Shown: piece by piece, positions 1 to 8,148 of the stretch | Layout: every line of letters begins with the position of its first letter | Numbering within the stretch: position 1 is the first letter of the stretch | From: an uncultured virus (IMG/VR IMGVR_UViG_3300009034_000021) | Taxonomy: Duplodnaviria > Heunggongvirae > Uroviricota > Caudoviricetes | Length of the DNA: 20,000 nucleotides | IMG/VR virus record: IMGVR_UViG_3300009034_000021 | Location: 51,298 to 71,297 of that record | Reading direction: 5' to 3' (one strand) | Notes under the pieces: model-generated | The model's input: only the letters and a program-made list of their open reading frames with translations | What the model was told of the DNA's origin: nothing | Database searches by the model: none | Position numbers and translations under genes: made by a program

Positions 1-1768
1 CTCTCGCCTTCGGGTGCGGCATCAGGTCGGGCCGCAGGACAAACACACGATCCGCCTCGCCGCCCTTCGCCTTATGCACGCTGGAGAACGTCACGCCCTC
101 GGCGTCATCGCTGAAAACTTGACTGACTTTGCGCTCCAGTTGGGCGACAGTGCTGCAACCGTCTGACAAGGCGACAATGGTTTCAACCCTATCTCGCAGC
201 GATTGTGCTCTCATGCTCTTGCCCAGCCGGTTGAGCTTGCGGACTTCTTTCTTACTATATTCCATCAGGGCGTCAAGCGTATCGGCCAGGCTGTAGACAC
301 GTCGTTTCTTTTGCACTTTCTTGACCAGGTCCATCAAGCCCTTGCCGATGTCTCTGCCGAGGATGACGGCCTTGACGCCACGTCGGATAAGACTAAAGGC
401 TGGCTCAATTAACGGTGCGTTGCATCGGCAGAGCACCAAGTCATTGACCTGCACTATATTCAGGAATTCATAGCTGGAGATGTCCTTGATTGTGCCTTCT
501 TGTGCCCAGTCAGCCGCCTCAATGTGCGGCACGAGCCGCTGGGCTAGTGCAACATGAGACGTTGGGCAACGGTAGGATATACTGAGTGGTAACACTGTGG
601 CGTCTAGCGCCGCAATGATATTCGGCATCGCGTCCACGTCGGCACCACGAAAGCCGTAAATTGACTGGAATTCATCACCCACGGCGATTATCCTGCCGTC
701 ATCTTTGATAGACCTTAGTGCCATTGCAATCTGTGCCTTGTTTAAGTCTTGGCACTCATCAACGAATAAAAAGTCAAATTTTTCACAAGGCGCGATGCCT
801 GTCGCCGAGAAGAATATCATGTCGTCGTAGTCTATGACTTCAGTCTGTTCAATGGACTTTTCGTAGACTAGTTTGACTAAGTGGTGGATCGTATCAGTAT
901 TGCCGTTAGTCTCAATATTCCACCGGTCGGCGATCCACTCCAAGTTCTCTGGCATCGGCTTTCGCAGGGTCGCCTTGCATAAGCTAACCAGATGTGAGAT
1001 TGACTGGCCGTTCGTCTGCAAGGTGTCATAAACCTGATAGTCTCCTCCCGCAATTTCTGCGGCGGTATCGGCGATGATATGCCACAGTTTGCGTGGTTCA
1101 ACCTCAACTTTGCCGAGCGCGCTGCGGATGTTGCCATATCCCAGGCTGTGCAAAGTTGAAACATGCACATGCTCTGGCGCACGCTTCGCGAGCTCTTTGG
1201 CAATGTGGCGATTGAAAGCCACGAATGCTACCTTGTCGTCTGGCGAAGTGAACTTGAGTCCTTCAACGAGAGCAGTGGTTTTTCCAGACCCAGCAACGGC
1301 TTTGATGACACCATGTCCTGTGCCAGACTTGATGAATTCAAAGATAGCCTTTTGGTATTTTGAGGGCGTGAACACTTTCGATGCTGCCGGCGCAACTTGA
1401 GTCTTGCTACCATTCTTGCCATCTTCCAGCGCCAGTCGCCACAATTTCCTCAACTTGCCGGTCATCCTGTCCTGCCAGCCTGGCTTGCGTGTCGTCCAGG
1501 CATCCAGCTTGCCCAAGGCGAACCACTTATCAACCTTGCGATAGTGATACTCCACCCACAGCCTGATGCTGTCCTTGCCAGTGCTGGCGGACTTGTCATT
1601 GCGCCTGACTGAACTGCGGATCATGATCCGCTTGTTCGTCTCAGGTATTGGGATGCGATAGGCATGCTCGCCTTGCACAAGACCAGTATATTTCCATAAT
1701 GGCTCGCCGGTCTCTTTGTGGGTGGGTAGTGCTTGTTCAAACTGTTCTCTCGTAAAAGTTTCTATCAT
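1..1768 (-). CDS. Superfamily 1 (UvrD/Rep-like) DNA helicase with ~125-aa N-terminal extension; 3' end runs off the window
   Basis: Manual translation from ATG 1768 (SD AGAGGAG): MIETFTREQ...; motif I AVAGSGKTT, Ia AFNRHIAKEL, STLHSLG, Walker B FVDECQDLN, motif III AVGDEFQSIYGFRGAD, motif V SSVHKAKGGEAD. Absent from the ORF track because there is no stop in the window. Confidence 0.93.
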   Translation of the reverse strand, partial: MIETFTREQFEQALPTHKETGEPLWKYTGLVQGEHAYRIPIPETNKRIMIRSSVRRNDKSASTGKDSIRLWVEYHYRKVDKWFALGKLDAWTTRKPGWQDRMTGKLRKLWRLALEDGKNGSKTQVAPAASKVFTPSKYQKAIFEFIKSGTGHGVIKAVAGSGKTTALVEGLKFTSPDDKVAFVAFNRHIAKELAKRAPEHVHVSTLHSLGYGNIRSALGKVEVEPRKLWHIIADTAAEIAGGDYQVYDTLQTNGQSISHLVSLCKATLRKPMPENLEWIADRWNIETNGNTDTIHHLVKLVYEKSIEQTEVIDYDDMIFFSATGIAPCEKFDFLFVDECQDLNKAQIAMALRSIKDDGRIIAVGDEFQSIYGFRGADVDAMPNIIAALDATVLPLSISYRCPTSHVALAQRLVPHIEAADWAQEGTIKDISSYEFLNIVQVNDLVLCRCNAPLIEPAFSLIRRGVKAVILGRDIGKGLMDLVKKVQKKRRVYSLADTLDALMEYSKKEVRKLNRLGKSMRAQSLRDRVETIVALSDGCSTVAQLERKVSQVFSDDAEGVTFSSVHKAKGGEADRVFVLRPDLMPHPKAR

Positions 1769-1949
1769 GGCTTCTCCTCTGGTCGGCGGCCCCGATCCGT
1801 CGGCGGGCGAGGTCTGCCAGCTCTGGCACAATCTCAAAGAAAGGCAGATGGGGATGACTCAATATTTTGCAGACAATAGCGATTGCGCTATCGTTGTGGA
1901 TAATCAAATTTATAAGCCTTTGCTGAGCTTTTGAGTTTTTTGAGTTCAT
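1737..1949 (-). CDS. hypothetical protein (70 aa)
   Basis: ORF with SD GAAGGA, co-oriented, short overlap with helicase start. Confidence 0.55.
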   Translation of the reverse strand: MNSKNSKAQQRLINLIIHNDSAIAIVCKILSHPHLPFFEIVPELADLARRRIGAADQRRSHDRNFYERTV

Positions 1950-1958
1950 TGTAGTCCT

Positions 1959-2150
1959 TCAATCGATCTTTGTTGAGCCAGAAATATACTTGTCCTTCAG
2001 CCGTCGCTGTTCAGCCGACTTCTCGGCATTACTAGCGTCTGGATTCTGTAAGTACCACAAACTCCACTCTCGCCAGGCGTCTGGATGCTGGCTGATACAC
2101 CATGGCCTCTCGTGCGATTCGTGTTTTGGCGTGTATTTCATTACTGCCAT
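1959..2150 (-). CDS. hypothetical protein (63 aa)
   Basis: ORF track; SD-like GAAAGGG; fits operon packing. Confidence 0.6.
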   Translation of the reverse strand: MAVMKYTPKHESHERPWCISQHPDAWREWSLWYLQNPDASNAEKSAEQRRLKDKYISGSTKID

Positions 2151-2212
2151 TTGAATTGAAACCCTTTCTAACAGTCTGCCAGCCAGTTCCGAAGGCAGGC
2201 GAGGTTATAACA

Positions 2213-2284
2213 TCACCTCAACCAGTCCGCGATCTTTATTCCCAGAGAAATGCTCAGTATGATCACTAATATCAAGGACAGCAT
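2213..2284 (-). CDS. 23-aa hydrophobic peptide MLSLILVIILSISLGIKIADWLR
   Basis: Manual translation; SD GGGAG; single TM-like helix; resembles the upstream peptide. Confidence 0.55.
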   Translation of the reverse strand: MLSLILVIILSISLGIKIADWLR

Positions 2285-2289
2285 TGCTT

Positions 2290-2382
2290 TTATCTCCCTT
2301 CTAGTTGGGCTACGATTTTTAACCCCAGAAAGATACCCAGAACAAGTACTGCTGTTATTGTGGCTAATCCGGCGATTTGCAT
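2290..2382 (-). CDS. 30-aa hydrophobic peptide MQIAGLATITAVLVLGIFLGLKIVAQLEGR
   Basis: Manual translation; strong SD AAGGAG; first ORF downstream of the consensus promoter at 2423-2451. Confidence 0.65.
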   Translation of the reverse strand: MQIAGLATITAVLVLGIFLGLKIVAQLEGR

Positions 2383-2409
2383 TGTCTAACTCCTTTCTTG
2401 TTCTTGACT

Positions 2410-2451
2410 ATGGTGTATATAGATTATACACCATTTTCACAGTTTTGTCAA
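2410..2451 (-). promoter_or_regulatory. Consensus sigma70/sigmaA promoter with overlapping inverted repeat
   Basis: Minus strand TTGACA(2451-2446)-17 nt-TATAAT(2428-2423); perfect 10-bp IR ATGGTGTATA-N5-TATACACCAT (2410-2434) over the -10/+1 region. Confidence 0.85.
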
Positions 2452-2478
2452 GGGTGAGTTTTGGAATTCAGATACTCT

Positions 2479-2754
2479 CTAGTCCAGAATACAGTCGTTA
2501 AAAATCAATGTAATATAGCCGCCTTCGTCCTCGCCGGCGAAAGGCGATCCGCTCAAACGCAGTAATCTACATAGTTTATATCCTTCGACTCTAAAGTGAC
2601 ACCCTGCCAAATCTGAGAGTAACTTTACTAAGAGAAAACTGTCTATTACGCCAGAAATTTTATAGTGTCCACTATCCAGTATCTCCGGTGGCCAATGGAC
2701 CCGACAAACGTATTTTCCATTGTAGGTGGTCAAGTCTTTTAATTCAATTGTCAT
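2479..2754 (-). CDS. hypothetical protein (~91 aa; start refined to MTIELKD)
   Basis: SD GGAG before ATG 2754; overlaps the ThyX-like gene end. Confidence 0.6.
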   Translation of the reverse strand: MTIELKDLTTYNGKYVCRVHWPPEILDSGHYKISGVIDSFLLVKLLSDLAGCHFRVEGYKLCRLLRLSGSPFAGEDEGGYITLIFNDCILD

Positions 2755-3301
2755 TGACGATCTCCAATAACGGATACTTTCCACACGGCCTAAACACCTC
2801 TGGACACCTCTTGCCACGCCACTCACAACTCGCCTGACAAAACTGGCCGACGATCTTGAGAAAGGGGTCGTCACTACTCATCAATTCGGTCTTGATCGCC
2901 AGAACAACTTCTCTGGTCTCCGGTGTAGCGCACTCGCACAACCGCACTTCCATCATACTGAGTAATGCTTCAAGGTTGAGCCTGTCGCGCGCATTGATGA
3001 GCGCGTCTTGAGGTGTTTTGCGCCTGTCGTATCCCACCGGACTGATGCTATCAGGTCTCTGCGAACGGATGAACCAGTTGTGTCCTATATGGTGACGCAC
3101 GAGTTGCACGTGGACATAATAAGGCAGTCCTATCACGTCTATTTGCAACCTTACTGATCGGATTATACTGTGACGGCTGGTGAGAGCTTTTATCAGGAAC
3201 GTCTCAGTTAAAGGAAATGGAGCTATTCCTTGTGTAAAAGCAGCGTCGCTGGAGATGTTGTCCCAGTCGTCTAAAAGTTGGATGTGGATTTTAGGTGACA
3301 T
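2744..3301 (-). CDS. thyX: FAD-dependent thymidylate synthase (ThyX-like), phage type
   Basis: HSIIRS...VHVQLVRHHIGHNWFIRSQRPD resembles the ThyX RHRx7S signature; downstream N..AL...RLC. Start refined to ATG 3301 (SD AAGGAG). Confidence 0.8.
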   Translation of the reverse strand: MSPKIHIQLLDDWDNISSDAAFTQGIAPFPLTETFLIKALTSRHSIIRSVRLQIDVIGLPYYVHVQLVRHHIGHNWFIRSQRPDSISPVGYDRRKTPQDALINARDRLNLEALLSMMEVRLCECATPETREVVLAIKTELMSSDDPFLKIVGQFCQASCEWRGKRCPEVFRPCGKYPLLEIVNDN

Positions 3302-3360
3302 TATGCTCCTTGGTTTCGCTGTTTGCAAGGGTGGATTTTGGGCTAGTTATTTGATTTGTC

Positions 3361-4134
3361 TTATTCTTGTTCAGTTTCTCGCTCACACCACAAGCTAACT
3401 CCTCCCTTATCAAACCATTTTACATCCACTACTGTGGTATACTTTTCTTCATATAGACTTTTAAGGTACAAAGCAAATTTGTCAAAAGCAACAACCTCTG
3501 TGAAAATCTGTCTATCCCTGGCCCGTCTTGAGAGCCAGGCTTTTAACTGAGGTTGCCAGTTCCCTATATCGGAATTGCTGTACAATAACATTTCCTTGAA
3601 TGGTATGTGGCAAATTGCTCTTTTGTCGTCGCCAGATTCTTCTACTCGATAGTTTCTTACTATTGCCTTTAATCTTTCAGTTTTGATTATGATTCCAACC
3701 TCGCCCCTGAATTCTTGACCGTCAAGCCAAATTATCCACCAGTCTGATTCTGTAGTAGCGAGACCCGATGGTTTTCCGCTACAACTTATTTCGATAGCCA
3801 ACCTTCCAGTTTTACTAACTTCGTAATCTCGTTTAAATTCATATTTCCCTTTTGGAAAACTTTCGGCCTCTTGGCCATTTAGCAAATCTAAGTCCCATTC
3901 TTTGCCTGTGTCTTTGTGCCCAAAGAGTTCGGCTGTTTTGATTTCTGGCCTTGGTCGGGAATCATAGGCATACTTTAATATTTCTTCTTTAGCTAAAAGG
4001 TTTCGTTCTGTGCCAGGCTCTTTGTCAAGAGAATCAAAAATATACTTGAGCAAGACTAATTTAGCTTTTGAGGAGAGGTCATTAGTCAGTTTCTTGATAG
4101 AGCGAATAGCGACGATTTCAGGAACTTTACTCAA
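3361..4134 (-). CDS. Putative PD-(D/E)xK-fold endonuclease
   Basis: WDLDL...YEFKRD...TGRLAIEISCSGKPSGLATTESDWW matches my recollection of a common phage restriction-like nuclease pattern; overlaps the MTase stop. Confidence 0.6.
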   Translation of the reverse strand: MSKVPEIVAIRSIKKLTNDLSSKAKLVLLKYIFDSLDKEPGTERNLLAKEEILKYAYDSRPRPEIKTAELFGHKDTGKEWDLDLLNGQEAESFPKGKYEFKRDYEVSKTGRLAIEISCSGKPSGLATTESDWWIIWLDGQEFRGEVGIIIKTERLKAIVRNYRVEESGDDKRAICHIPFKEMLLYSNSDIGNWQPQLKAWLSRRARDRQIFTEVVAFDKFALYLKSLYEEKYTTVVDVKWFDKGGVSLWCERETEQE

Positions 4135-5494
4135 TTGATACTCTTTTCATGGTGATAGCGCAAGCCTTAGATTGTAAATCAAAACCAATCCAACTTCTAT
4201 TAGCTTCTATGGCTGCCTCAGCGGTCGTGCCGCTGCCGATAAAAGGGTCACAAACTATACCGTCCGGCGAACACGACGTTACAATTATTCGCTTAATGAG
4301 GTCAAGTGGCAGTTGGTTAGGCCAAGATGTTTTACTTTCGGAAACGTTCTTGACTAAGTTGTATTCCCACCAATCGTATGGGGTTGTTCCCTCTTTGCCC
4401 AGATGCGCAACCCTCTTATCATTGGGATTTTTGTAAGGTTGTAAGTCCGCTTCGCCTTCAAAGAAAGCAGGCTTGTTGCCTCGTATGTAATAAAGAATAG
4501 TTCTATGCGAACGTCGCCAATTATCATTGGTTTGCCCGGTGTTTGACGGGTAGACCCATGAAAGCCAACGCTGGAAAGTGAAAAGTCCGTCGAGTTGCTG
4601 TTTCCACTGTGCTGCTACCTCTGGGTAGTGCATCAGGTAAAACGCACCACCAGGTTTTAGAACGCGGTATGCTCCCCAGAACCAATGCACGCACCAAGAA
4701 AGATATTCGCTTTCTTCTTTTTTGTCCTTGAATCCCTCGCCGTAGTTCTTGCTTAGATTGTATGGTGGGTCAGCGAACACCAAATCAATGCTTGCCTCTG
4801 GCAGACCCATGAATCCTTCGAGGCAATCGACTTGATGAACTTTATTTAGTTCATAGACGCCAAGCGTGGGAATAGGTGGTGTCTTTGACTCGTCACTGGA
4901 AATTTCTTGATTTTCTTCCTCGTCGATTTTTTGTTTTTCTTCTTCGTCACTGTCGGCTTCTGCTTCTTCGGCTTTCTCAGTTTCTTGGATTTCTTTTTTG
5001 GGTCGTTCTATGGTGCGAGGATATTCTCTGCCATCCTTTCCGATAAAGATTTTAACGATTCTAATTTGAAGACGTTCCTCAAGTTTTCTTCTGATTCTTT
5101 TGACTGTATCCTGATGAACTCCTAAATCTACAGAAATCCAGTTATTAGTCCTTTCAAAATGCAGTTTCAGGAATTTTTCTATAACGCCTTGTCTCTCCTT
5201 GCGTGTGAGAGGCAGGCCATGTTTCAAATTGGCAAGCAAAGCGTACTCCTCGGCTTGCTCCAGAGTACCAAACCTGGCTTCAACTTCTATCTCCTCCAAC
5301 TTCAGAATCTCGGCAGCACGATAGCGATGCCAGCCATCTACTAACAAGTAATTACTTTTGTCTGGTATCTTAAAGACTACGATTGGTGGTAGTTGGTCAA
5401 AGCAATCTGCATAACCTTTCGCAATTTCAACATCGGTTTTAGTTCTTGGGCTTAGTTTACTATCTCTTTCAATCTGCTTCAATCTCAGCTTCAT
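4127..5494 (-). CDS. ParB/Srx-HTH fused to beta-class N6A/N4C DNA methyltransferase
   Basis: N-terminal LVDGWHRYRAA (ParB/Srx), HTH-like TNNWISVDLGVHQDTVKRIR, acidic linker; C-terminal IDLVFADPPYN (motif IV) before DPFIGSGTT (motif I). Confidence 0.92.
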   Translation of the reverse strand: MKLRLKQIERDSKLSPRTKTDVEIAKGYADCFDQLPPIVVFKIPDKSNYLLVDGWHRYRAAEILKLEEIEVEARFGTLEQAEEYALLANLKHGLPLTRKERQGVIEKFLKLHFERTNNWISVDLGVHQDTVKRIRRKLEERLQIRIVKIFIGKDGREYPRTIERPKKEIQETEKAEEAEADSDEEEKQKIDEEENQEISSDESKTPPIPTLGVYELNKVHQVDCLEGFMGLPEASIDLVFADPPYNLSKNYGEGFKDKKEESEYLSWCVHWFWGAYRVLKPGGAFYLMHYPEVAAQWKQQLDGLFTFQRWLSWVYPSNTGQTNDNWRRSHRTILYYIRGNKPAFFEGEADLQPYKNPNDKRVAHLGKEGTTPYDWWEYNLVKNVSESKTSWPNQLPLDLIKRIIVTSCSPDGIVCDPFIGSGTTAEAAIEANRSWIGFDLQSKACAITMKRVSIE

Positions 5495-5528
5495 TACAAT
5501 CTCCTAGTCTGTGTTGTGCTTCTCTTAG

Positions 5529-5607
5529 TTAATAGTTAATTAATTAATCACTAGATATATAGTCTTTGGCTCCTATATAATCAGGTTTCTAATTAATTAA
5601 CTATTAA
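5529..5607. repeat. AT-rich perfect 18-bp inverted repeat
   Basis: TTAATAGTTAATTAATTA (5529-5546) / TAATTAATTAACTATTAA (5590-5607), plus inner TATATAG (5556-5562)/CTATATA (5573-5579). Confidence 0.85.
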
Positions 5608-6172
5608 TTAACTTCCAGTAGCCGCGTCTCGCGTTGCCGGAATATCCTTTCCGGCTGGCTATATTTTTCATCAAATTCCAGTCGTCTTCACTGGTCACAA
5701 TGCCTTTGACTTCTGCTGCCTGTCTGATACTGTCCACTTCAACTTCCATGCCGCCGGCCAGTGTATAGCCGATCCAGTCCTCCATAACCTTGCTTTTTGC
5801 TCTGGGTGTGGGTAGCTGAAGCTGATAATTCTCAAGAAAGCTTTCGTGGTCTATCTCGTTTTCTTCACAGAACTGTTTGAATTCTTCTAGGGTGCTTTGT
5901 TCGTAGATGTACTCAAGTTGTCCCTTTTCAATGACTCTGGCTTGCTTCTCCAGCCATTTTCTAGATATTGCAAAAGCTCGTTTATCTATCTTGCCCTCTA
6001 ATTCTTTGGAGTTGGCAAGTAAATTCAAACCCTCCCTGAAGATGCGGTTTATTGCTTTTGTCCTGGAGTCTCCTAGTGCCGCCCAAACTTTGATGAATTT
6101 TTCATCAGTTGCAAGTACTTCTTCTGGGCCGCCTTTGATGTAAGCAGGATAGACACGCAGCATCTCGGCCAT
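5597..6172 (-). CDS. hypothetical protein (191 aa), possible C-terminal winged-helix DNA-binding domain
   Basis: Long ORF with SD AGGAG; C-terminus (VDSIRQAAEVKGI...RRGYWKL) looks wHTH-like by eye only. Confidence 0.75.
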   Translation of the reverse strand: MAEMLRVYPAYIKGGPEEVLATDEKFIKVWAALGDSRTKAINRIFREGLNLLANSKELEGKIDKRAFAISRKWLEKQARVIEKGQLEYIYEQSTLEEFKQFCEENEIDHESFLENYQLQLPTPRAKSKVMEDWIGYTLAGGMEVEVDSIRQAAEVKGIVTSEDDWNLMKNIASRKGYSGNARRGYWKLINS

Positions 6173-6193
6173 ACTAGTCTCCTAAAACGCAAA

Positions 6194-6332
6194 ACGTCTC
6201 TTGGTGACGGCCCCTCCGGTTGGCAAGAAGGGGGCTGGCGAACCCCTGACGAGAAAAGGGGTCGTCACCAAGAGACGTCTTTTAATAAAGTGAGTATTGT
6301 GCTGTGTTATCAATTTGCCAACCTTTCTCGTC
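6194..6332 (-). ncRNA. Three-stem structured leader with loop-to-upstream-target complementarity (C4/CI antisense-like), copy 1
   Basis: 16-bp perfect outer stem (6194-6209/6263-6278); two inner hairpins whose 9-nt loops (UUUCUCGUC, UUGCCAACC) are exactly complementary to the 18-nt target at 6315-6332; followed by UUUUG. Confidence 0.75.
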
Positions 6333-6402
6333 AATCTTATTTATTAAGCAACGGGTGCGCCATTCCCGCCGCCACGGGCCTGGGCCCGCCGAGGTTATTC
6401 TA

Positions 6403-6687
6403 TCACGAATCGCCTATCCTGTCAACCTGGCCGTCATACCCTGAGCTCGCCTGGTCTCTCACGACAATCGGCAGATATATGCTTAATCTCACCGGTGGCA
6501 TCAATGTTCTCACAGGCACAACCGTCACCGGAACCGTAGGCATCGCCGTAGGCCAAACTCTCGTCTCGCCTGTGGGCCAAGTTTTCGTCGGCCAAGGTGT
6601 GGGTTCGTTTGCTAACACATTGCTAAGACCTAAGATACACGTTACAAACGTAATTAACAACAGCAACCTAAATTTCTTACACAGCAT
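6403..6687 (-). CDS. Secreted Pro/Thr-rich protein with IYLPIVVR motif
   Basis: Signal peptide, (P/K)TWPT repeats, Chloroflexota-type YLPxxxR motif. Confidence 0.7.
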   Translation of the reverse strand: MLCKKFRLLLLITFVTCILGLSNVLANEPTPWPTKTWPTGETRVWPTAMPTVPVTVVPVRTLMPPVRLSIYLPIVVRDQASSGYDGQVDRIGDS

Positions 6688-6706
6688 TTTTATCCTCTAC
6701 TTAAAT

Positions 6707-6916
6707 TCAATCTAGTGCAGCCGCTTCGCCGAATTCCTTGACGAATTTCTCTACCATCTTGGTTAGCTCTGCATACGATACATCCTTGCTGTTGCGCGAA
6801 ACAGGAAAGTGAAAGTCCCAATCACAAAATGACGCCAGGATCGCGTTTAGGCTGCCCTTTGCGCGCTCCCATTCCATGTAGCGTGTTGCTAAAATTATCT
6901 GTCTGTTCGTCGTCAT
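6707..6916 (-). CDS. hypothetical protein (start refined to MTTNRQ)
   Basis: SD AAAGGA before ATG 6916. Confidence 0.65.
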   Translation of the reverse strand: MTTNRQIILATRYMEWERAKGSLNAILASFCDWDFHFPVSRNSKDVSYAELTKMVEKFVKEFGEAAALD

Positions 6917-6930
6917 CGTTATTCCTTTGT

Positions 6931-7089
6931 CTAGTCGTCTTCGGACGGTATCGGCCATTCGTGTCCTGCTAAGCTCGCCACTTCAACTCCGCATTCTGGG
7001 CAAACATGCTTAAACACCTTGCCGGTGGTCGAGCTTTCAACAGGATTCATCTTCGTGCCACATTTCGGACAAATCTCGTCTTTAGACAT
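6931..7089 (-). CDS. 52-aa zinc-ribbon protein
   Basis: Manual translation MSKDEICPKCGTKM...HVCPECG...; SD-like GAAAGG. Confidence 0.7.
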   Translation of the reverse strand: MSKDEICPKCGTKMNPVESSTTGKVFKHVCPECGVEVASLAGHEWPIPSEDD

Positions 7090-7107
7090 TTTTGCGACCT
7101 TTCCAAG

Positions 7108-7191
7108 TCATTTTGGCTTTTTCCCGTAGCCGCCCTTCGGCGTCGTCTGTTTGATTGGTTTTGACCCACCCTTCGGTTTTCTTTTCGTCAC
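7108..7191 (-). CDS. 27-aa Lys-rich peptide MTKRKPKGGSKPIKQTTPKGGYGKKPK
   Basis: GTG start with strong SD AAAGGAG; fills the gap between neighbours. Confidence 0.55.
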   Translation of the reverse strand: MTKRKPKGGSKPIKQTTPKGGYGKKPK

Positions 7192-7207
7192 GTTGCCTTC
7201 TCCTTTC

Positions 7208-7423
7208 TCAATGATGCGCCGAGTGCGCATGCCGTTTTGATCTCACGACATGACGGCGCGAATGTTTTGGCCTGGTGCGCTTGAATTTGCTAGAATGTCG
7301 CCGTTGCTTCGCTCGCTTGCGCCGAGCTATAGCCGTCCTGACTGCAAATTTGATTGCTGGCTTGTCAATACTTCGCCCGTGTCGTCCGGTCGCGCCCGGA
7401 AACTCACTATATGCCATGCTCAT
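7208..7423 (-). CDS. Highly basic Arg/Lys/His-rich protein (71 aa)
   Basis: ATGA overlap with upstream gene, SD GGAGG. Confidence 0.6.
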   Translation of the reverse strand: MSMAYSEFPGATGRHGRSIDKPAIKFAVRTAIARRKRAKQRRHSSKFKRTRPKHSRRHVVRSKRHAHSAHH

Positions 7424-7602
7424 CTGGACCTCCTTCGCTTGAATAGGCTATCAAGGTTGGGCAAGATGTGTTCCTCCCGTTTGAGTGCTCCACATTTCGT
7501 ACATATGTACTGCCGCTTTTGTATGGCACTAGAGGCGGATACCTTTCGTATTACAGTATCAGTCTCAGCCTTGCAATTTCTACAGTACATGATTTTCCTC
7601 AT
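7420..7602 (-). CDS. zinc-ribbon protein (60 aa)
   Basis: CRNC...CTKC. Confidence 0.65.
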   Translation of the reverse strand: MRKIMYCRNCKAETDTVIRKVSASSAIQKRQYICTKCGALKREEHILPNLDSLFKRRRSR

Positions 7603-7774
7603 GACTTAAAGCCGCCAGGCGGTCTGCAAGTTGGTAAAAATAGTGTTCGTACAGCACAATCGTTGCTTCGGATATCGTACCCTTTTCATTGCTTTCTAAT
7701 CTGTCAGCCAATGCATTGAAACTCAGTTGGCGCAGTCTGTCACTGGCCTCCAGGACGACGTTACTATTACTCAT
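7580..7774 (-). CDS. hypothetical protein (64 aa)
   Basis: ATGA-coupled ORF. Confidence 0.6.
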   Translation of the reverse strand: MSNSNVVLEASDRLRQLSFNALADRLESNEKGTISEATIVLYEHYFYQLADRLAALSHEENHVL

Positions 7775-8130
7775 GGCTTACCTTTTCCTCCCTGTGCCAT
7801 ACACGTTTCATTGTACTCCTCCGTAATATGACGTGATAGGTATGCTGCCTTCAACTCATCAGGATAGTTAGCATTAAACTCTTCTAATGAATATTCATCG
7901 CAATCTGTTTCAATAATTAAAATACGCCTAGCGCCGTAACAGTACGATTGCCATTCCTCGATCTCTGGATAATCTTCTCTCATTGCTCTATCAAGTTCTT
8001 CATCGCAACCCATTTTTATTGCACGATTGCAATCGCAGGCACCGTTACCTTCCGCCCACCAAAATGGCGAAAAACTTGAATCAAACATTCTTTTATTTCC
8101 TGTTTGTGTATCAAGTAATGTGACTTTCAT
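7771..8130 (-). CDS. hypothetical protein with W.EGN..CDCNR motif
   Basis: ORF track; start refined to ATG 8130 (SD GAAAGG); Cys-rich motif FWWAEGNGACDCNR. Confidence 0.7.
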   Translation of the reverse strand: MKVTLLDTQTGNKRMFDSSFSPFWWAEGNGACDCNRAIKMGCDEELDRAMREDYPEIEEWQSYCYGARRILIIETDCDEYSLEEFNANYPDELKAAYLSRHITEEYNETCMAQGGKGKP

Positions 8131-8148
8131 TTTGCCTTTCAAGGTTTC

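Noticed and set aside
203..1612. Several short ORFs from the track in 203-1612
   Set aside because: They are shadow or alternative frames of the helicase CDS, which carries all SF1 motifs
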